Shown piece by piece: positions 1 through 9,618 of a DNA stretch of 64,000 bases. The translations under genes were made by a program, and so were the position numbers. The stretch is from Cenarchaeum sp. Lineage in GTDB: Archaea > Thermoproteota > Nitrososphaeria > Nitrososphaerales > Nitrosopumilaceae. Position 1 is the stretch's first letter; every line of letters begins with the position of its first letter. Below the pieces are notes generated by a model. That model worked only from the letters and a program-made list of their open reading frames with translations. It had not been told where the DNA came from and did not search any database. Location: positions 1,120,001-1,184,000 of the forward strand of contig OY843768.1 of assembly GCA_963693095.2 (NCBI GenBank). The letters run 5' to 3'.

Positions 1-1342
1 CGCTGCCAGACTCAAAGACTGCCGCAAATATGGCATCCTTGCTCCAGAATCCGGTCGTGATGAACGGCGCGCCCATTAGCGCAAGGCCGGCGGCCCACAC
101 AAAGACGTATGTCTTGCGCATGTGGCGGCGAAGGCCGCCCATGTCAGTCATGAACCTAGAGCCGACGACGTGAATGAGCGAGCCGGCGGCCATAAAGAGC
201 GACGCCTTGAACATTGCGTGCGATATGAGGTGGTAGAATCCCGCAGTGTACCCGTCGACGAACTGCTCAGAGAGGCCCGCGACCCCAAAGGCCATCATCA
301 TGTAGCCTATCTGCGAGCCCGTAGAGTATGCGAGGACCTTCTTTATCTCGGGGTTTACCATGCCCTGTGTCGCAAGGAGGAGTGCGGTGATTGCGCCGAC
401 CCATGCTATGACCTCAAAGAACTGGTCGGCGAGGATGCCGGCGGCCCCGAGCGCAAAGACTATGGGGCCGAGGCGCGCGACGAGAAAGACTCCGGCCTTT
501 ACCATCGTGGCGGCATGAATTAGCGCAGACACTGCAGTAGGACCGGTCATTGCCTCAAGAAGCCACTCGTTTAGCGGAAACTGCGCGGACTTGCCGATCG
601 CGCCCCCAAAGAGGAGCACAAAGGCCGGAACGAGCAGGCCCTGTGCGTCCATCGCCGTGGCCCATGCCGTGTCACCGACTAGCTCGCGAAAGCCAAACGT
701 GCCGGCAAAGGCGAATATGAGGAACATGCCGGCGAGCATCATGATATCGCCGATCTTTGTCATGACAAAGGCCTTCATGCCGGCGTGCGTCGGCGAGTAA
801 TAGTCCAGGAGACCCAAGACCGTGCGCCCCTCGGTGCCCACATGGTCCTTTTTCTTGTCACGGTACCAAAAGCCAATTAGCGCGTACGAGGCCAGGCCGA
901 CGCCCTCCCACCCAAAGAACATCTGCAGGAGGTTATCAGACAGGACGATGAGCTGCATCGAGCCCACAAAGAACATGATCCAGAACCAAAATCGCACAAT
1001 GTTCGGATCGCCCTTCATGTAGCCCGTGGCGTATATGACGATGAGCAGCGATATCCACGCAACGACGTTTGCCATGATCACGGCGAGTGGATCCGCAAGA
1101 ACGCCGGCCTCGAGGCCGATCGCCGATATCCAGCTAGTCTGCGCGTGAACCTCCGCACCAGAGAGGGCGCCGGGTAGCATCGAGGCCGCAAGGAGCGCGC
1201 TTGCGGCAGCACCGGCGATCGCGGCCCAGCCTGGCACGCGCCCGCGCCACCTGCTCAGGGCCGGCATGATGAGGGCCGCGGCGAATGGCACAATCCAGAC
1301 GAGCCATGCGACAAGGCCGGCGCCTTCAAACATCTCGGCCAT
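1..1342 (-). CDS. nuoL: NADH-quinone oxidoreductase subunit L (3' part runs off the window start)
   Basis: Manual translation from ATG at 1342 (MAEMFEGAGLVAWLVWIVPF...) contains FFGWEGVGLASYALIGFWY, KSAQFPLNEWLLEAMTGPTAVSALIHAATMVKAGVFLVARL and HAMFKASLFMAAG; follows nuoM directly. Confidence 0.95.
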   Translation of the reverse strand, partial: MAEMFEGAGLVAWLVWIVPFAAALIMPALSRWRGRVPGWAAIAGAAASALLAASMLPGALSGAEVHAQTSWISAIGLEAGVLADPLAVIMANVVAWISLLIVIYATGYMKGDPNIVRFWFWIMFFVGSMQLIVLSDNLLQMFFGWEGVGLASYALIGFWYRDKKKDHVGTEGRTVLGLLDYYSPTHAGMKAFVMTKIGDIMMLAGMFLIFAFAGTFGFRELVGDTAWATAMDAQGLLVPAFVLLFGGAIGKSAQFPLNEWLLEAMTGPTAVSALIHAATMVKAGVFLVARLGPIVFALGAAGILADQFFEVIAWVGAITALLLATQGMVNPEIKKVLAYSTGSQIGYMMMAFGVAGLSEQFVDGYTAGFYHLISHAMFKASLFMAAGSLIHVVGSRFMTDMGGLRRHMRKTYVFVWAAGLALMGAPFITTGFWSKDAIFAAVFESGS

Positions 1343-2938
1343 CTAGTGCGCCTCCGCCGGCACTGTTGCCGGAAGCACATCCATTAGTGCCGTCGCGCTG
1401 CCCGGACCGAGGGACTCGACGCCGGCGATGCCAGACATGTATGGGACGATCTGCTCGAGGAATATATCAGGATATATCCCAAGGACCACCGTAAAGCCGG
1501 CGAGGACCATCATGGGGGCAAGCATGTGCCAGCCGGCCTCCTTTGTCTTTGCGAGCTTTTCGGGCAGCTTGCCAAAGAAGACGCGCTTTAGCATCCAGAG
1601 CATGTATGACATTGTGAGCGCAGTGGCCACGAGACCCAGGCCAAATGTCACATAGCGCAGCGTGCTGCCCTCCTCGACTGCAGTCTCTAGCGCGCCATAA
1701 AAGACGAGCCACTCTCCCATAAAGCCGCTAGTCGGCGGCACGCCGGCGATGGTGAGGGCGCCAATGACGGCGCAGACTGCAGTTATCGGCATGCGGCTTG
1801 CCAGGCCCCCGAGGCCCGATATGCTCCGCGTCCCCACCCTTACGATGATCACTCCGGCCATCATGAAGAGGATGCCCTTGCCGAGCGCGTGCGTGACGTA
1901 CATCATCTCGGCGCCTGAGTGGCCCAGGACCGACTGCGAGCCTATGCCAAAGAGAAGGTATCCCATCTGGCTTATGCTAGAGTATGCGAGGAGGCGCTTT
2001 AGGTCATCCTGCATGAGCGCCATGGCGCCGCCGTATATCATCGTCACAAGGCCCCAAACGTGAAACCAGACTGACAGCTCGGCAAAGGCTGCCGGCAGGA
2101 GCTCCATGATTAGCCTGAATATGCCATACGCGCCGATGCCGATCATGACCGGCGAGAGGAGTGCGCTTATCGGCGTTGGTGCCGCACCGTGGACCCAGGG
2201 CAGCCAAATGTGGAACATGAATGCGGCAAGCTTTACGCCGAGGCCAATGGCGATGGCGATTGCGGCGACGAGTATAATCTCCGGATCAAGTGATGCGGCG
2301 GCGATTCCGGCAAAGTCAAACGTGCCGGCTGACAGGCCGATTGCCAGAAAGCCAAGGAGGAGGACGACTGCGCCGACGTGCGTCCAAAAGAAGAACATTA
2401 GCGCAATCCTGCGGCGCGGCCCGTCGCCCCAGAACGCAATGAGGAAAAAGCCCGGTATGAGCATGACTTCGAAAAAGACGTAAAACTGTATCAGGTTGGT
2501 CGCAAGGACAGTCCCGAGCATGCCCATCGCAAAGACGAGATAGAGCGCGTGGTATGTGCCTGACTTTGCGCTCACATACTCGGTGAGACCCACCTGCGAG
2601 CCCTCGCCGTGGACCTCCCTGTACTGCTCGGCGAACTTGTGCTCCATGTAGGGCCGCGAATAGATCGCAAGTATCGCCGATAGCGCGTATATCATTATGG
2701 CAAACGGCGAGGCGAGGCCGTCTAGGACAAGGCCAAACTCGCCGAACATCTCTGTCCACGCATAGCGCTCCTCGGTTCCGCCGTCAAGCGATCCGAGCAC
2801 GACGAGGATGGCACAGTATGCGAGGACGGCAAACGAGAACCACGTCACTGTGGCCATCCCGTAGCGCCTCCCGATGAGATATGCGGCAGGCGAGAGGAGG
2901 AGCGGGATAAAGACGGCCTGGAGGAGCATGTGGTCCAT
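1343..2938 (-). CDS. nuoM: NADH-quinone oxidoreductase subunit M
   Basis: FYVFFEVMLIP, FHIWLPWVHGAAPTP, DLKRLLAYSSISQMG motifs; operon context. Confidence 0.93.
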   Translation of the reverse strand: MDHMLLQAVFIPLLLSPAAYLIGRRYGMATVTWFSFAVLAYCAILVVLGSLDGGTEERYAWTEMFGEFGLVLDGLASPFAIMIYALSAILAIYSRPYMEHKFAEQYREVHGEGSQVGLTEYVSAKSGTYHALYLVFAMGMLGTVLATNLIQFYVFFEVMLIPGFFLIAFWGDGPRRRIALMFFFWTHVGAVVLLLGFLAIGLSAGTFDFAGIAAASLDPEIILVAAIAIAIGLGVKLAAFMFHIWLPWVHGAAPTPISALLSPVMIGIGAYGIFRLIMELLPAAFAELSVWFHVWGLVTMIYGGAMALMQDDLKRLLAYSSISQMGYLLFGIGSQSVLGHSGAEMMYVTHALGKGILFMMAGVIIVRVGTRSISGLGGLASRMPITAVCAVIGALTIAGVPPTSGFMGEWLVFYGALETAVEEGSTLRYVTFGLGLVATALTMSYMLWMLKRVFFGKLPEKLAKTKEAGWHMLAPMMVLAGFTVVLGIYPDIFLEQIVPYMSGIAGVESLGPGSATALMDVLPATVPAEAH

Positions 2939-2939
2939 T

Positions 2940-3245
2940 CTATCCCCTCAGTGCCCCAAACTTTGCGACGTCGATATCGCGGTACATCCTGTATGCCACT
3001 ATGACTAGCGCGAGGCCTACGGCGACCTCGGCGGCGGCAACTGCTATCGAAAAGAGCGCAAGCGTCTGCCCCGCGCTGTCTGGCACAAAGCGCGCAAACG
3101 CGACGAGGTTGAGGTTGGCCGCATTTACGACAATCTCGACTGCAAATAGCATGCGCAGCGCATTGCGCTTTACGGCCAGGCCGTATATGCCGACGCACAA
3201 GAGTGCGACGGAGACGAGCGCAAAGTCAATCAGCTCGTTGGTCAT
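2940..3245 (-). CDS. nuoK: NADH-quinone oxidoreductase subunit K
   Basis: 101 aa, three TM helices, AVEIVVNAANLN and VAAAEVAVGLAL motifs. Confidence 0.95.
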   Translation of the reverse strand: MTNELIDFALVSVALLCVGIYGLAVKRNALRMLFAVEIVVNAANLNLVAFARFVPDSAGQTLALFSIAVAAAEVAVGLALVIVAYRMYRDIDVAKFGALRG

Positions 3246-3738
3246 CCTCTGTATCCTCCCTCCTTGCGAGCGTCATTGCCCCCGTCACCGCACCGGCCAG
3301 AACCAGGCCCATGAGTATGAGGGCCGGCCAGTACTTTAGCAAAAAGTCGGCCCCGATCTCCCTAAAGTCGACTGCAGGCTCGTCTGTCGTGATCTCCGAG
3401 ATGCCAGATGACACGATAACTGCGCCAAGTGAGGTCATCGCCACGAGCATGAGGCCGATTCCGGCCCAGCGCCTGCGCGTGTCCTCGACCTTTGTGAATA
3501 TGAGCTCGCGCCGCACGAGCATTACCGTGAACAGTATGAGGACCGCTATCGAGCCGACGTAGACTGCTATCTGGAACATTGCCACAAATGGCGAGTCGAG
3601 GAGCAAAAAGAGGCCCGCAATGCCCCCGAGTGTCCCCATTAGCGCGATCGCGCCGTATATGAGCGAGCGCAGCTCGAGGGCCGCGATCGCAGACGCTATC
3701 GTGAGCACGGCGAGCGCAAGGAATGTCGCATCAGCCAT
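3226..3738 (-). CDS. nuoJ: NADH-quinone oxidoreductase subunit J
   Basis: Hydrophobic, FQIAVYVGSIAVLILF motif; start moved to MADAT. Confidence 0.93.
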   Translation of the reverse strand: MADATFLALAVLTIASAIAALELRSLIYGAIALMGTLGGIAGLFLLLDSPFVAMFQIAVYVGSIAVLILFTVMLVRRELIFTKVEDTRRRWAGIGLMLVAMTSLGAVIVSSGISEITTDEPAVDFREIGADFLLKYWPALILMGLVLAGAVTGAMTLARREDTEDDQRAD

Positions 3739-4228
3739 GTGTCGCACCCCTGTTGCCTATGACTATCGCCGAGTCCTGCGCGACGTTTGGCTTTACGGCG
3801 AGCTGGCCGGGCGTGTAGATTAGGCCCTCCTTTGTGAACGATGAGAGCTCATAGTCGTTTGTCATGTATAGCGCATAGAACGGGCACGCATCCACGCACA
3901 GGCCGCAAAAGACGCACTTGCCATAGTCTATCTGCGGCATTATCGACTTTTTGTTGTGCTTCCAGTCCTCGGCAACCTTTACCATCGATATCGCCTCGGC
4001 AATCCCCTCGCATGCGATCGAGCAGAGCTGGCACCCCGTGCACTTGTCGTGAAAGAGCATATGGCGCCCCTTGTATCCGGCAATGCCGGCCCCGGACGCC
4101 GGGTCAAACTGGTACCCGTCACCGACGAACTTTAGCTTTTCCTCAGGATATCGCAGCGTAAACCTCTTTACGGCGAGGTGCTTTGCGCCAGAGTTTAGCG
4201 CGCGTATGATGCCGGCTGCCGTGCCCAT
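3731..4228 (-). CDS. nuoI: NADH-quinone oxidoreductase subunit I (2x[4Fe-4S])
   Basis: CTGCQLCSIAC and CVFCGLCVDACP motifs; start at MGTAAG overlapping the nuoH stop. Confidence 0.95.
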   Translation of the reverse strand: MGTAAGIIRALNSGAKHLAVKRFTLRYPEEKLKFVGDGYQFDPASGAGIAGYKGRHMLFHDKCTGCQLCSIACEGIAEAISMVKVAEDWKHNKKSIMPQIDYGKCVFCGLCVDACPFYALYMTNDYELSSFTKEGLIYTPGQLAVKPNVAQDSAIVIGNRGATHG

Positions 4229-5526
4229 TAGAATATCCCTCCTGGACCGACCACGCCTGCATAGACTAGGCCGAGGGCGATAAAGATGTTGACAAAGGCC
4301 ATCGCGATTAGCTTGTACCACCCTATTTTCAGGAGCATGTCAATCCTTATTCGCGGAAACACGCCGCGAGGCAGCAGGACAAAGAATATCACGCCCATCG
4401 TCTTTAGGACAAACCATATCACGGCGCTAAAAAACTCTTGTGAGAATAGCGGCAGGCCGGGCAACTGCAGCTTTATCGGGCCTATCGTCTGGCCTGACTG
4501 CAGGAGTGACTCCTCAAGCGGCGGCCAGAACGACGGGCCGCTCCAGCCCCCAAGAAACAGGACCACAAAGAGGCCAGAGAACGCATAGAGCTTTACGTAC
4601 GAGCCTAACTGCACCAGGCCGTACATCATGCCAGAGAACTCGGTGAGCCATCCGGCGACTATCTCGCTTTCTGCCTCGGGGAGGTCAAAGGGGATGCGCT
4701 CGAGCTCGGCGAGCATGCACACAAAAAAGACGATCGCCCCTATTGGCATGAGGACGATCCACGGTATGACGCCCTGGCTCTGGGCTATCTCCGTCAGGTT
4801 TAGCGTGCCAGTCAGGAGGACGACGCCGAGGCACGAGAGTATGAGCGGTATCTCAAAGGAGACCATCTGGTAGAGCGCGCGTATGCCGCCGATGAACGGG
4901 AATTTAGAGTTCGCCGACCATGCCGAGAGGACCGTGATTATGGGAAAGAACCCGATTATCGCAAACACGGCAAGGAGGCCAACGTCGACGTCTGCGACGA
5001 CCCAGCCCGGCGCGACGGGTATGAGCGCGACGAATGCGGCTGCTGTCCCCACAAAGAGGAGCGGGCCCACGATAAAGAGCGGCTTGTCAGCCTTTGCGGG
5101 AATGATTATCTCCTTTGATATCAGCTTTAGGCCATCACCGGCCAGCTGCAAGAGGCCCTCTATCTTGCCGCAGTAAAATGGGCCGACTCGAAGCTGCAGC
5201 TTTGCGAGCATCTTGCGCTCGACAAAGATCGTGCCGGCCGCAACGAGCGCGGCGAACCCAAAGCCCGGAAACGCCAGTATGCGAAACGCGTCTGATGTGA
5301 GAAACGACTTTAGGAGCGGGAGCGCAAGCTCTGGATGCGAGAGCCACGTCAGAACAAGAAACGGCGTGACTAGCGAGCCGTCGATCACCGGCAAGTCCAC
5401 GTAAAATAGCGCAATCATCGCAAGTGGGAGGCCGACTAGCGTGAGTATGATTATGATCCAAAACACGTTCTCAAGTATCGACTTTACAAACTCGCTAAAC
5501 TTGAAGCGCGGGGCGATGACGGACAT
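4228..5526 (-). CDS. nuoH: NADH-quinone oxidoreductase subunit H
   Basis: ERKMLAKLQLRVGP, AELERIPFDLPEAESEIVAGW, FPRIRID motifs. Confidence 0.96.
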   Translation of the reverse strand: MSVIAPRFKFSEFVKSILENVFWIIIILTLVGLPLAMIALFYVDLPVIDGSLVTPFLVLTWLSHPELALPLLKSFLTSDAFRILAFPGFGFAALVAAGTIFVERKMLAKLQLRVGPFYCGKIEGLLQLAGDGLKLISKEIIIPAKADKPLFIVGPLLFVGTAAAFVALIPVAPGWVVADVDVGLLAVFAIIGFFPIITVLSAWSANSKFPFIGGIRALYQMVSFEIPLILSCLGVVLLTGTLNLTEIAQSQGVIPWIVLMPIGAIVFFVCMLAELERIPFDLPEAESEIVAGWLTEFSGMMYGLVQLGSYVKLYAFSGLFVVLFLGGWSGPSFWPPLEESLLQSGQTIGPIKLQLPGLPLFSQEFFSAVIWFVLKTMGVIFFVLLPRGVFPRIRIDMLLKIGWYKLIAMAFVNIFIALGLVYAGVVGPGGIF

Positions 5527-6689
5527 TAGCGGTCAGCCTCCACTGGCCAGTAGTTTAGGCTCCAGTACACGGCAGGCATGTTGCCGAGCTTTTCGCCCTT
5601 TAGCAGGTACGGCAGCGCGATGAGGTTCCTGAACGAGCCGACGCTCATCTTTACGCGGTACGGCTCGGGCTTGCCATCAGAGATGACATAGCATCCGAGT
5701 GAGCCGCGGCCGGACTCGACCCTCTTGTAGGAGACCATTTCCGGACCCTTTGGGTTTGGCTTTAGCTTTACGCGCACAGAGCCGGACTTTGGCATCTTTG
5801 CGAGCGCATCGCGTATGATGCGGCAGCTCTCCAGCATGTCAAGCCACGGCACGCGCGAGCGCGCGTACGCGTCGCCTGCGCTCATCGTGTTCGTCTCAAA
5901 GTCAAGCGAGTCATAACAGTCGTATGGCTCCTTTTTGCGGATGTCATAGTCGACCCCGCTAGCGCGCAGGACAGAGCCCGTCGTGCCAAGGGCAATGGCA
6001 TCAGAGCGCGAGAGCTTGCCCGCATCGCGTGTCCTAGAGATGAGTATGGGGTTGTCATAGAATATTGCGGCGTACTCGCGTATGCGCTTTTCAAAATAGT
6101 CGACCTGCCGCAGGCAGACGTCCTCAAAGTTTGCCGGCACGTCGTTGCGCACGCCGCCGGGCACAAAGTACGCGTGCGTCACGCGCGCGCCGGTCATCTT
6201 TTCGAGTAGGTCGATGAGGAGCTCGCGATCCCCCGTGGGCCACATGAACATCGTAGAGTGCCCAAGGAATATCCCGTATATCGCAAGCCAGTACAGCGTG
6301 TAGACGCAGCGGTTCAGCTCGGCGGCAATGACGCGCACGTGCTGCGCGCGCTCAGAGACCTCCACACCGAGTATCTCCTCGGTGGCAAGGCAGTACGGGT
6401 AGAGTATGTTGCAAGAGTCGTGTATCACGGGCCTCTCGAGGTGCGGTATGTTTTGCACATAGTTTCGGTACTCGGCCATCTTTTCCTCGCCCCTGTGCAC
6501 ATAGCCGGGATCGGGGTCGCACGCGACGATCTTGTCGCCGTCGATCTGCACGATTATCCTCATGTGGCCCGAGCCGGGGTGCTGCGGGCCGACGTTGAGC
6601 GTCATGATTCGCTCATCGACCTTTTGGAGCGCAAGGCCCGGCGGAAGCTGCGCCATTGCCGGAACCGTGAGCCTCTCCTCCATGGTCAT
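5526..6689 (-). CDS. nuoD: NADH-quinone oxidoreductase subunit D
   Basis: LNVGPQHPGSGHMR, GYVHRGEEK, C-terminal EADR. Confidence 0.96.
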   Translation of the reverse strand: MTMEERLTVPAMAQLPPGLALQKVDERIMTLNVGPQHPGSGHMRIIVQIDGDKIVACDPDPGYVHRGEEKMAEYRNYVQNIPHLERPVIHDSCNILYPYCLATEEILGVEVSERAQHVRVIAAELNRCVYTLYWLAIYGIFLGHSTMFMWPTGDRELLIDLLEKMTGARVTHAYFVPGGVRNDVPANFEDVCLRQVDYFEKRIREYAAIFYDNPILISRTRDAGKLSRSDAIALGTTGSVLRASGVDYDIRKKEPYDCYDSLDFETNTMSAGDAYARSRVPWLDMLESCRIIRDALAKMPKSGSVRVKLKPNPKGPEMVSYKRVESGRGSLGCYVISDGKPEPYRVKMSVGSFRNLIALPYLLKGEKLGNMPAVYWSLNYWPVEADR

Positions 6690-7261
6690 CTCCCCTTTAT
6701 CGCAAAGTCCTTGCGCATCGGTGGCATGTCTGCCCAGTCCTCCGGAAGGAGGAGGCGGCGGTTGTCAGGATGGCCCTCAAAGTATACTCCTAGCATCTCA
6801 AAGGCCTCGCGCTCGTGGAACTCTACGCTATAGAACACGCCTCGCAGGCTCGGAAGGCGCGTAGAGTCCTCGCCGGGCGACGGGACCTCCTCGCGCGGGG
6901 CGCGCGTCGATATCGCCATGACGTATCCGGCAAGGTCAGGGCGCGTGTACGAGCCGAGATGGTACACGACCTCTATCTGCCCGTCAGATGGCCGGTCGAC
7001 TCCTGTGACTGACTCGGCGTGGTCAAACCCTAGCTCGTCGCGCGCAAAGCGCGCCAGCTCTACAATGTCGCTGCCAGACACGTCAAGCTGAATACGGCCC
7101 GGCCTCGCAAATGCGACGCTTGCGCGATCGCCGAACGTTGACTCGATCCTTGAGCGAAGCGTCATGTCAAGCTCTGGCAGCGCGACGTCATCGGACTTTG
7201 CGACATCCTTTGCGCCATCTCCAGTGTCGCCGGACGGGGCCGGCACGTCCTTGTCTGCCAT
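6686..7261 (-). CDS. nuoC: NADH-quinone oxidoreductase subunit C
   Basis: HEREAFEMLGVYFEGHPDNRRLLLPEDW..PMRKDF; start at MADKD (TGATG overlap with nuoB). Confidence 0.94.
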   Translation of the reverse strand: MADKDVPAPSGDTGDGAKDVAKSDDVALPELDMTLRSRIESTFGDRASVAFARPGRIQLDVSGSDIVELARFARDELGFDHAESVTGVDRPSDGQIEVVYHLGSYTRPDLAGYVMAISTRAPREEVPSPGEDSTRLPSLRGVFYSVEFHEREAFEMLGVYFEGHPDNRRLLLPEDWADMPPMRKDFAIKGR

Positions 7262-7782
7262 CACACGTGCTTCCTGGCCTTCATCCTCTTGATCTTTTCC
7301 TGCAATAGCATGCATCCCTGTATGAGCGTCTCTGGACGCGGAGGGCATCCCGGAACGTACACGTCTACCGGAAGTACGCCGTCGATGCCGGGCAGCACAT
7401 TGTACGAGTCAAAGTAAAGGCCGCCCGTTATGGCGCACGCGCCCATCGCAATGACATACTTTGGCTCGGGCATCTGGTCATAGACGAGGCGCAGGCGCGG
7501 GGCCATCTTTCGCGTTATCGTCCCCTGGACCACGACGAGGTCGCACTGGCGAAGCGAGCCAAATGCCTCAATGATCCCAAATCGCTCAACGTCATATCGC
7601 GGGCCTGACGCTGCGCCAAACTCGACGCTACAGCACGCAGTCTCGATATGGACAGGCCAGAGTGACCATATGCGGCCCCAGTTTATCGCATAGCCGAGTG
7701 GCTTGTCGACTGCCTTTTCAAGCATGTCTCCGAGCTTGCCGACAAAGACGTTTGCCGTATGCGGCGTGAGGAGCTCTTTCAT
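7261..7782 (-). CDS. nuoB: NADH-quinone oxidoreductase subunit B
   Basis: TACCSVE, MGACAITGG, VDVYVPGCPPRPE. Confidence 0.96.
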   Translation of the reverse strand: MKELLTPHTANVFVGKLGDMLEKAVDKPLGYAINWGRIWSLWPVHIETACCSVEFGAASGPRYDVERFGIIEAFGSLRQCDLVVVQGTITRKMAPRLRLVYDQMPEPKYVIAMGACAITGGLYFDSYNVLPGIDGVLPVDVYVPGCPPRPETLIQGCMLLQEKIKRMKARKHV

Positions 7783-7804
7783 CAATGCCACATCGCCTCC
7801 GAGA

Positions 7805-8179
7805 TCACCAGATGTTGCGCCTCCCTGACTGGTGTAGCGCAAAGGCCATGGCTGCAAACATGATTCCGAGGAACACGATTATCGGGATCGTCGCCTCGCG
7901 CGGGAGCTCGAGGAGCGCGCTGCCCCACGCGTAGAGGAATATGGCCACGACGTCAAAGACGACGAACATGAGGATATACGCGTAATACTGCATCATGAAG
8001 TGCGTGCGGCCCTCGCCCTTTGGGACCTGGCCGCACTCCATGGGCAGGAACTTTACTGGCGTCGAGTGGCGCCTAGGCGAGATCATGCGCGATATGAGGA
8101 GTGCGGGGGCAGTCGCGGCAACTGCAAAGCCGAACATTAGCAGTATCGGGCTATATGTGGAAGCGGCCTCGCCGACCAA
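7805..8179 (-). CDS. nuoA: NADH-quinone oxidoreductase subunit A
   Basis: PMECG, YYAYILMFVVFDV; first gene of the operon, TTG start. Confidence 0.94.
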   Translation of the reverse strand: MVGEAASTYSPILLMFGFAVAATAPALLISRMISPRRHSTPVKFLPMECGQVPKGEGRTHFMMQYYAYILMFVVFDVVAIFLYAWGSALLELPREATIPIIVFLGIMFAAMAFALHQSGRRNIW

Positions 8180-8204
8180 CGTGGCAGCGTGCCTTGAATA
8201 TTGG

Positions 8205-8212
8205 TATAAAAA
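8205..8212 (-). promoter_or_regulatory. Archaeal TATA box of the nuo operon (probably leaderless)
   Basis: TTTTTATA on the minus strand ~26 nt upstream of the nuoA TTG in GC-rich DNA. Confidence 0.7.
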
Positions 8213-9032
8213 GCTACTCGGATTTCACGGCTGGCTTGGCGGTGTGGGCACCCACAGGGCAATGTGGCGCCCACTGCGGCCCCTGTCTGCTGCGATCAGG
8301 TTTTTGCGCGTGAGCCACGACTAATTTGCGCGTCCTGGGCCCTGGCAGGCGATCATGTCCCTGTTCTGGCAGCCCTGCCACCGGGGCAGTTCCCGCAGGC
8401 GCATGGCCGTCTGGCCCGATCATGGGCACAGGTCCCACCGGGATCAAGCCATCTTGCCCCCGCTCCTACTTTTTGTACAAGGCACACGCGGGGATCACGA
8501 TAAAGGGCTAAATGGCATGTCAATGCAAGCCTGTATCAGGCAGGAAGCACGCAGATGCCAGTGCCTAGGGACTGGTGGTCCTGCTTAGGCGGAACTGCCA
8601 GCCCCGTTCAACTCTACAAGTCCTGCAGCCATTTCTGTCCCGATTTCGGCGGTTCGCGGCCCCAAAAGTGAGAATGCCCCAGAGACGGCAGTTTGGTCAA
8701 AATATGCGCCTTGCGACCATTGCGATGTTTTCCAGCATGTCCCGCCATTTCACATGTGCGTTGGGCAAGACAGGTTGCCGGGACGGTTGCGGCCACAGGC
8801 AGTCCTCGAGTGTGAGGCGACTTGTGATCACCATGGCCAAAACGACATGCATGGGCTCGGCTGCTGTGTGATCGGCTCACACGATCGTTGTCCCATGACC
8901 ACCTGCAGACAGACGAGGCACGATTAGTCGATCTATTGTACAATCTTGCTCATTCGCGATCCTCCCCAGGTTGTTGATTCTAGTGAACACACTTATGATC
9001 CAAGATCACGAGATCATCAATAGCTTGTTAGA

Positions 9033-9569
9033 TCACAAATTATACTTTTGCACTATCTCTTTAAAGCTATTCTTCGGGTCTTGTAAATTAATTTTAATTC
9101 CATTGTCTCTCACATACGTCAGTCTAATATGCGGATTGTTGTAAGTCATTCCACGATTAAGCAGGTATTCCAATCGTTTAAGTTGGTTTGGGTCTAATAT
9201 TTCTTTGACATTATTCACGACTAGTTCAAGTATTTGTAGATCAGGCTTAAATTTTTTAATCATGCTATCAAGTTGTTTTTCCATCATTTGTGGTGAACAA
9301 TAATACATTGATTTGATCTTAAATCCACTGGCATAATTTTCGCCGCTCGCAAATATCCAATGTCTAGGTTTCCATTTTGTGATCATTTGTATAGAAACAT
9401 CTCTTCCAGTAGCAAAATTATTTTTGGTAGTTGACTTTAATTCAAACAAGTGCCCATGTTCATCCTCTGCGTCATGCCCCATACGACTTTCATTCTTTAT
9501 CAGGCCCAGCATGCTAATCATCTGTTCTTCCCGTGCCTGATCCTGCACCAGGGTTTTTTTGTTAGCCAC
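9033..9569 (-). CDS. PvuII-like type II restriction endonuclease (PD-(D/E)xK)
   Basis: GL..ESRMGHDAEDEHGHLFELKS resembles PvuII [22 protein letters not shown] (D33/E43/K45 spaced like D58/E68/K70); shared WIFA; NNPHIRLTYVRDNGIKI vs PvuII NNPKIPVKYVMEHGTKI; PvuII sequence recalled from memory. Confidence 0.8.
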   Translation of the reverse strand: MANKKTLVQDQAREEQMISMLGLIKNESRMGHDAEDEHGHLFELKSTTKNNFATGRDVSIQMITKWKPRHWIFASGENYASGFKIKSMYYCSPQMMEKQLDSMIKKFKPDLQILELVVNNVKEILDPNQLKRLEYLLNRGMTYNNPHIRLTYVRDNGIKINLQDPKNSFKEIVQKYNL

Positions 9570-9618
9570 ACATGATGATCCAATTAATCGATATATTACG
9601 GGATTTTGTTTTAATTAA

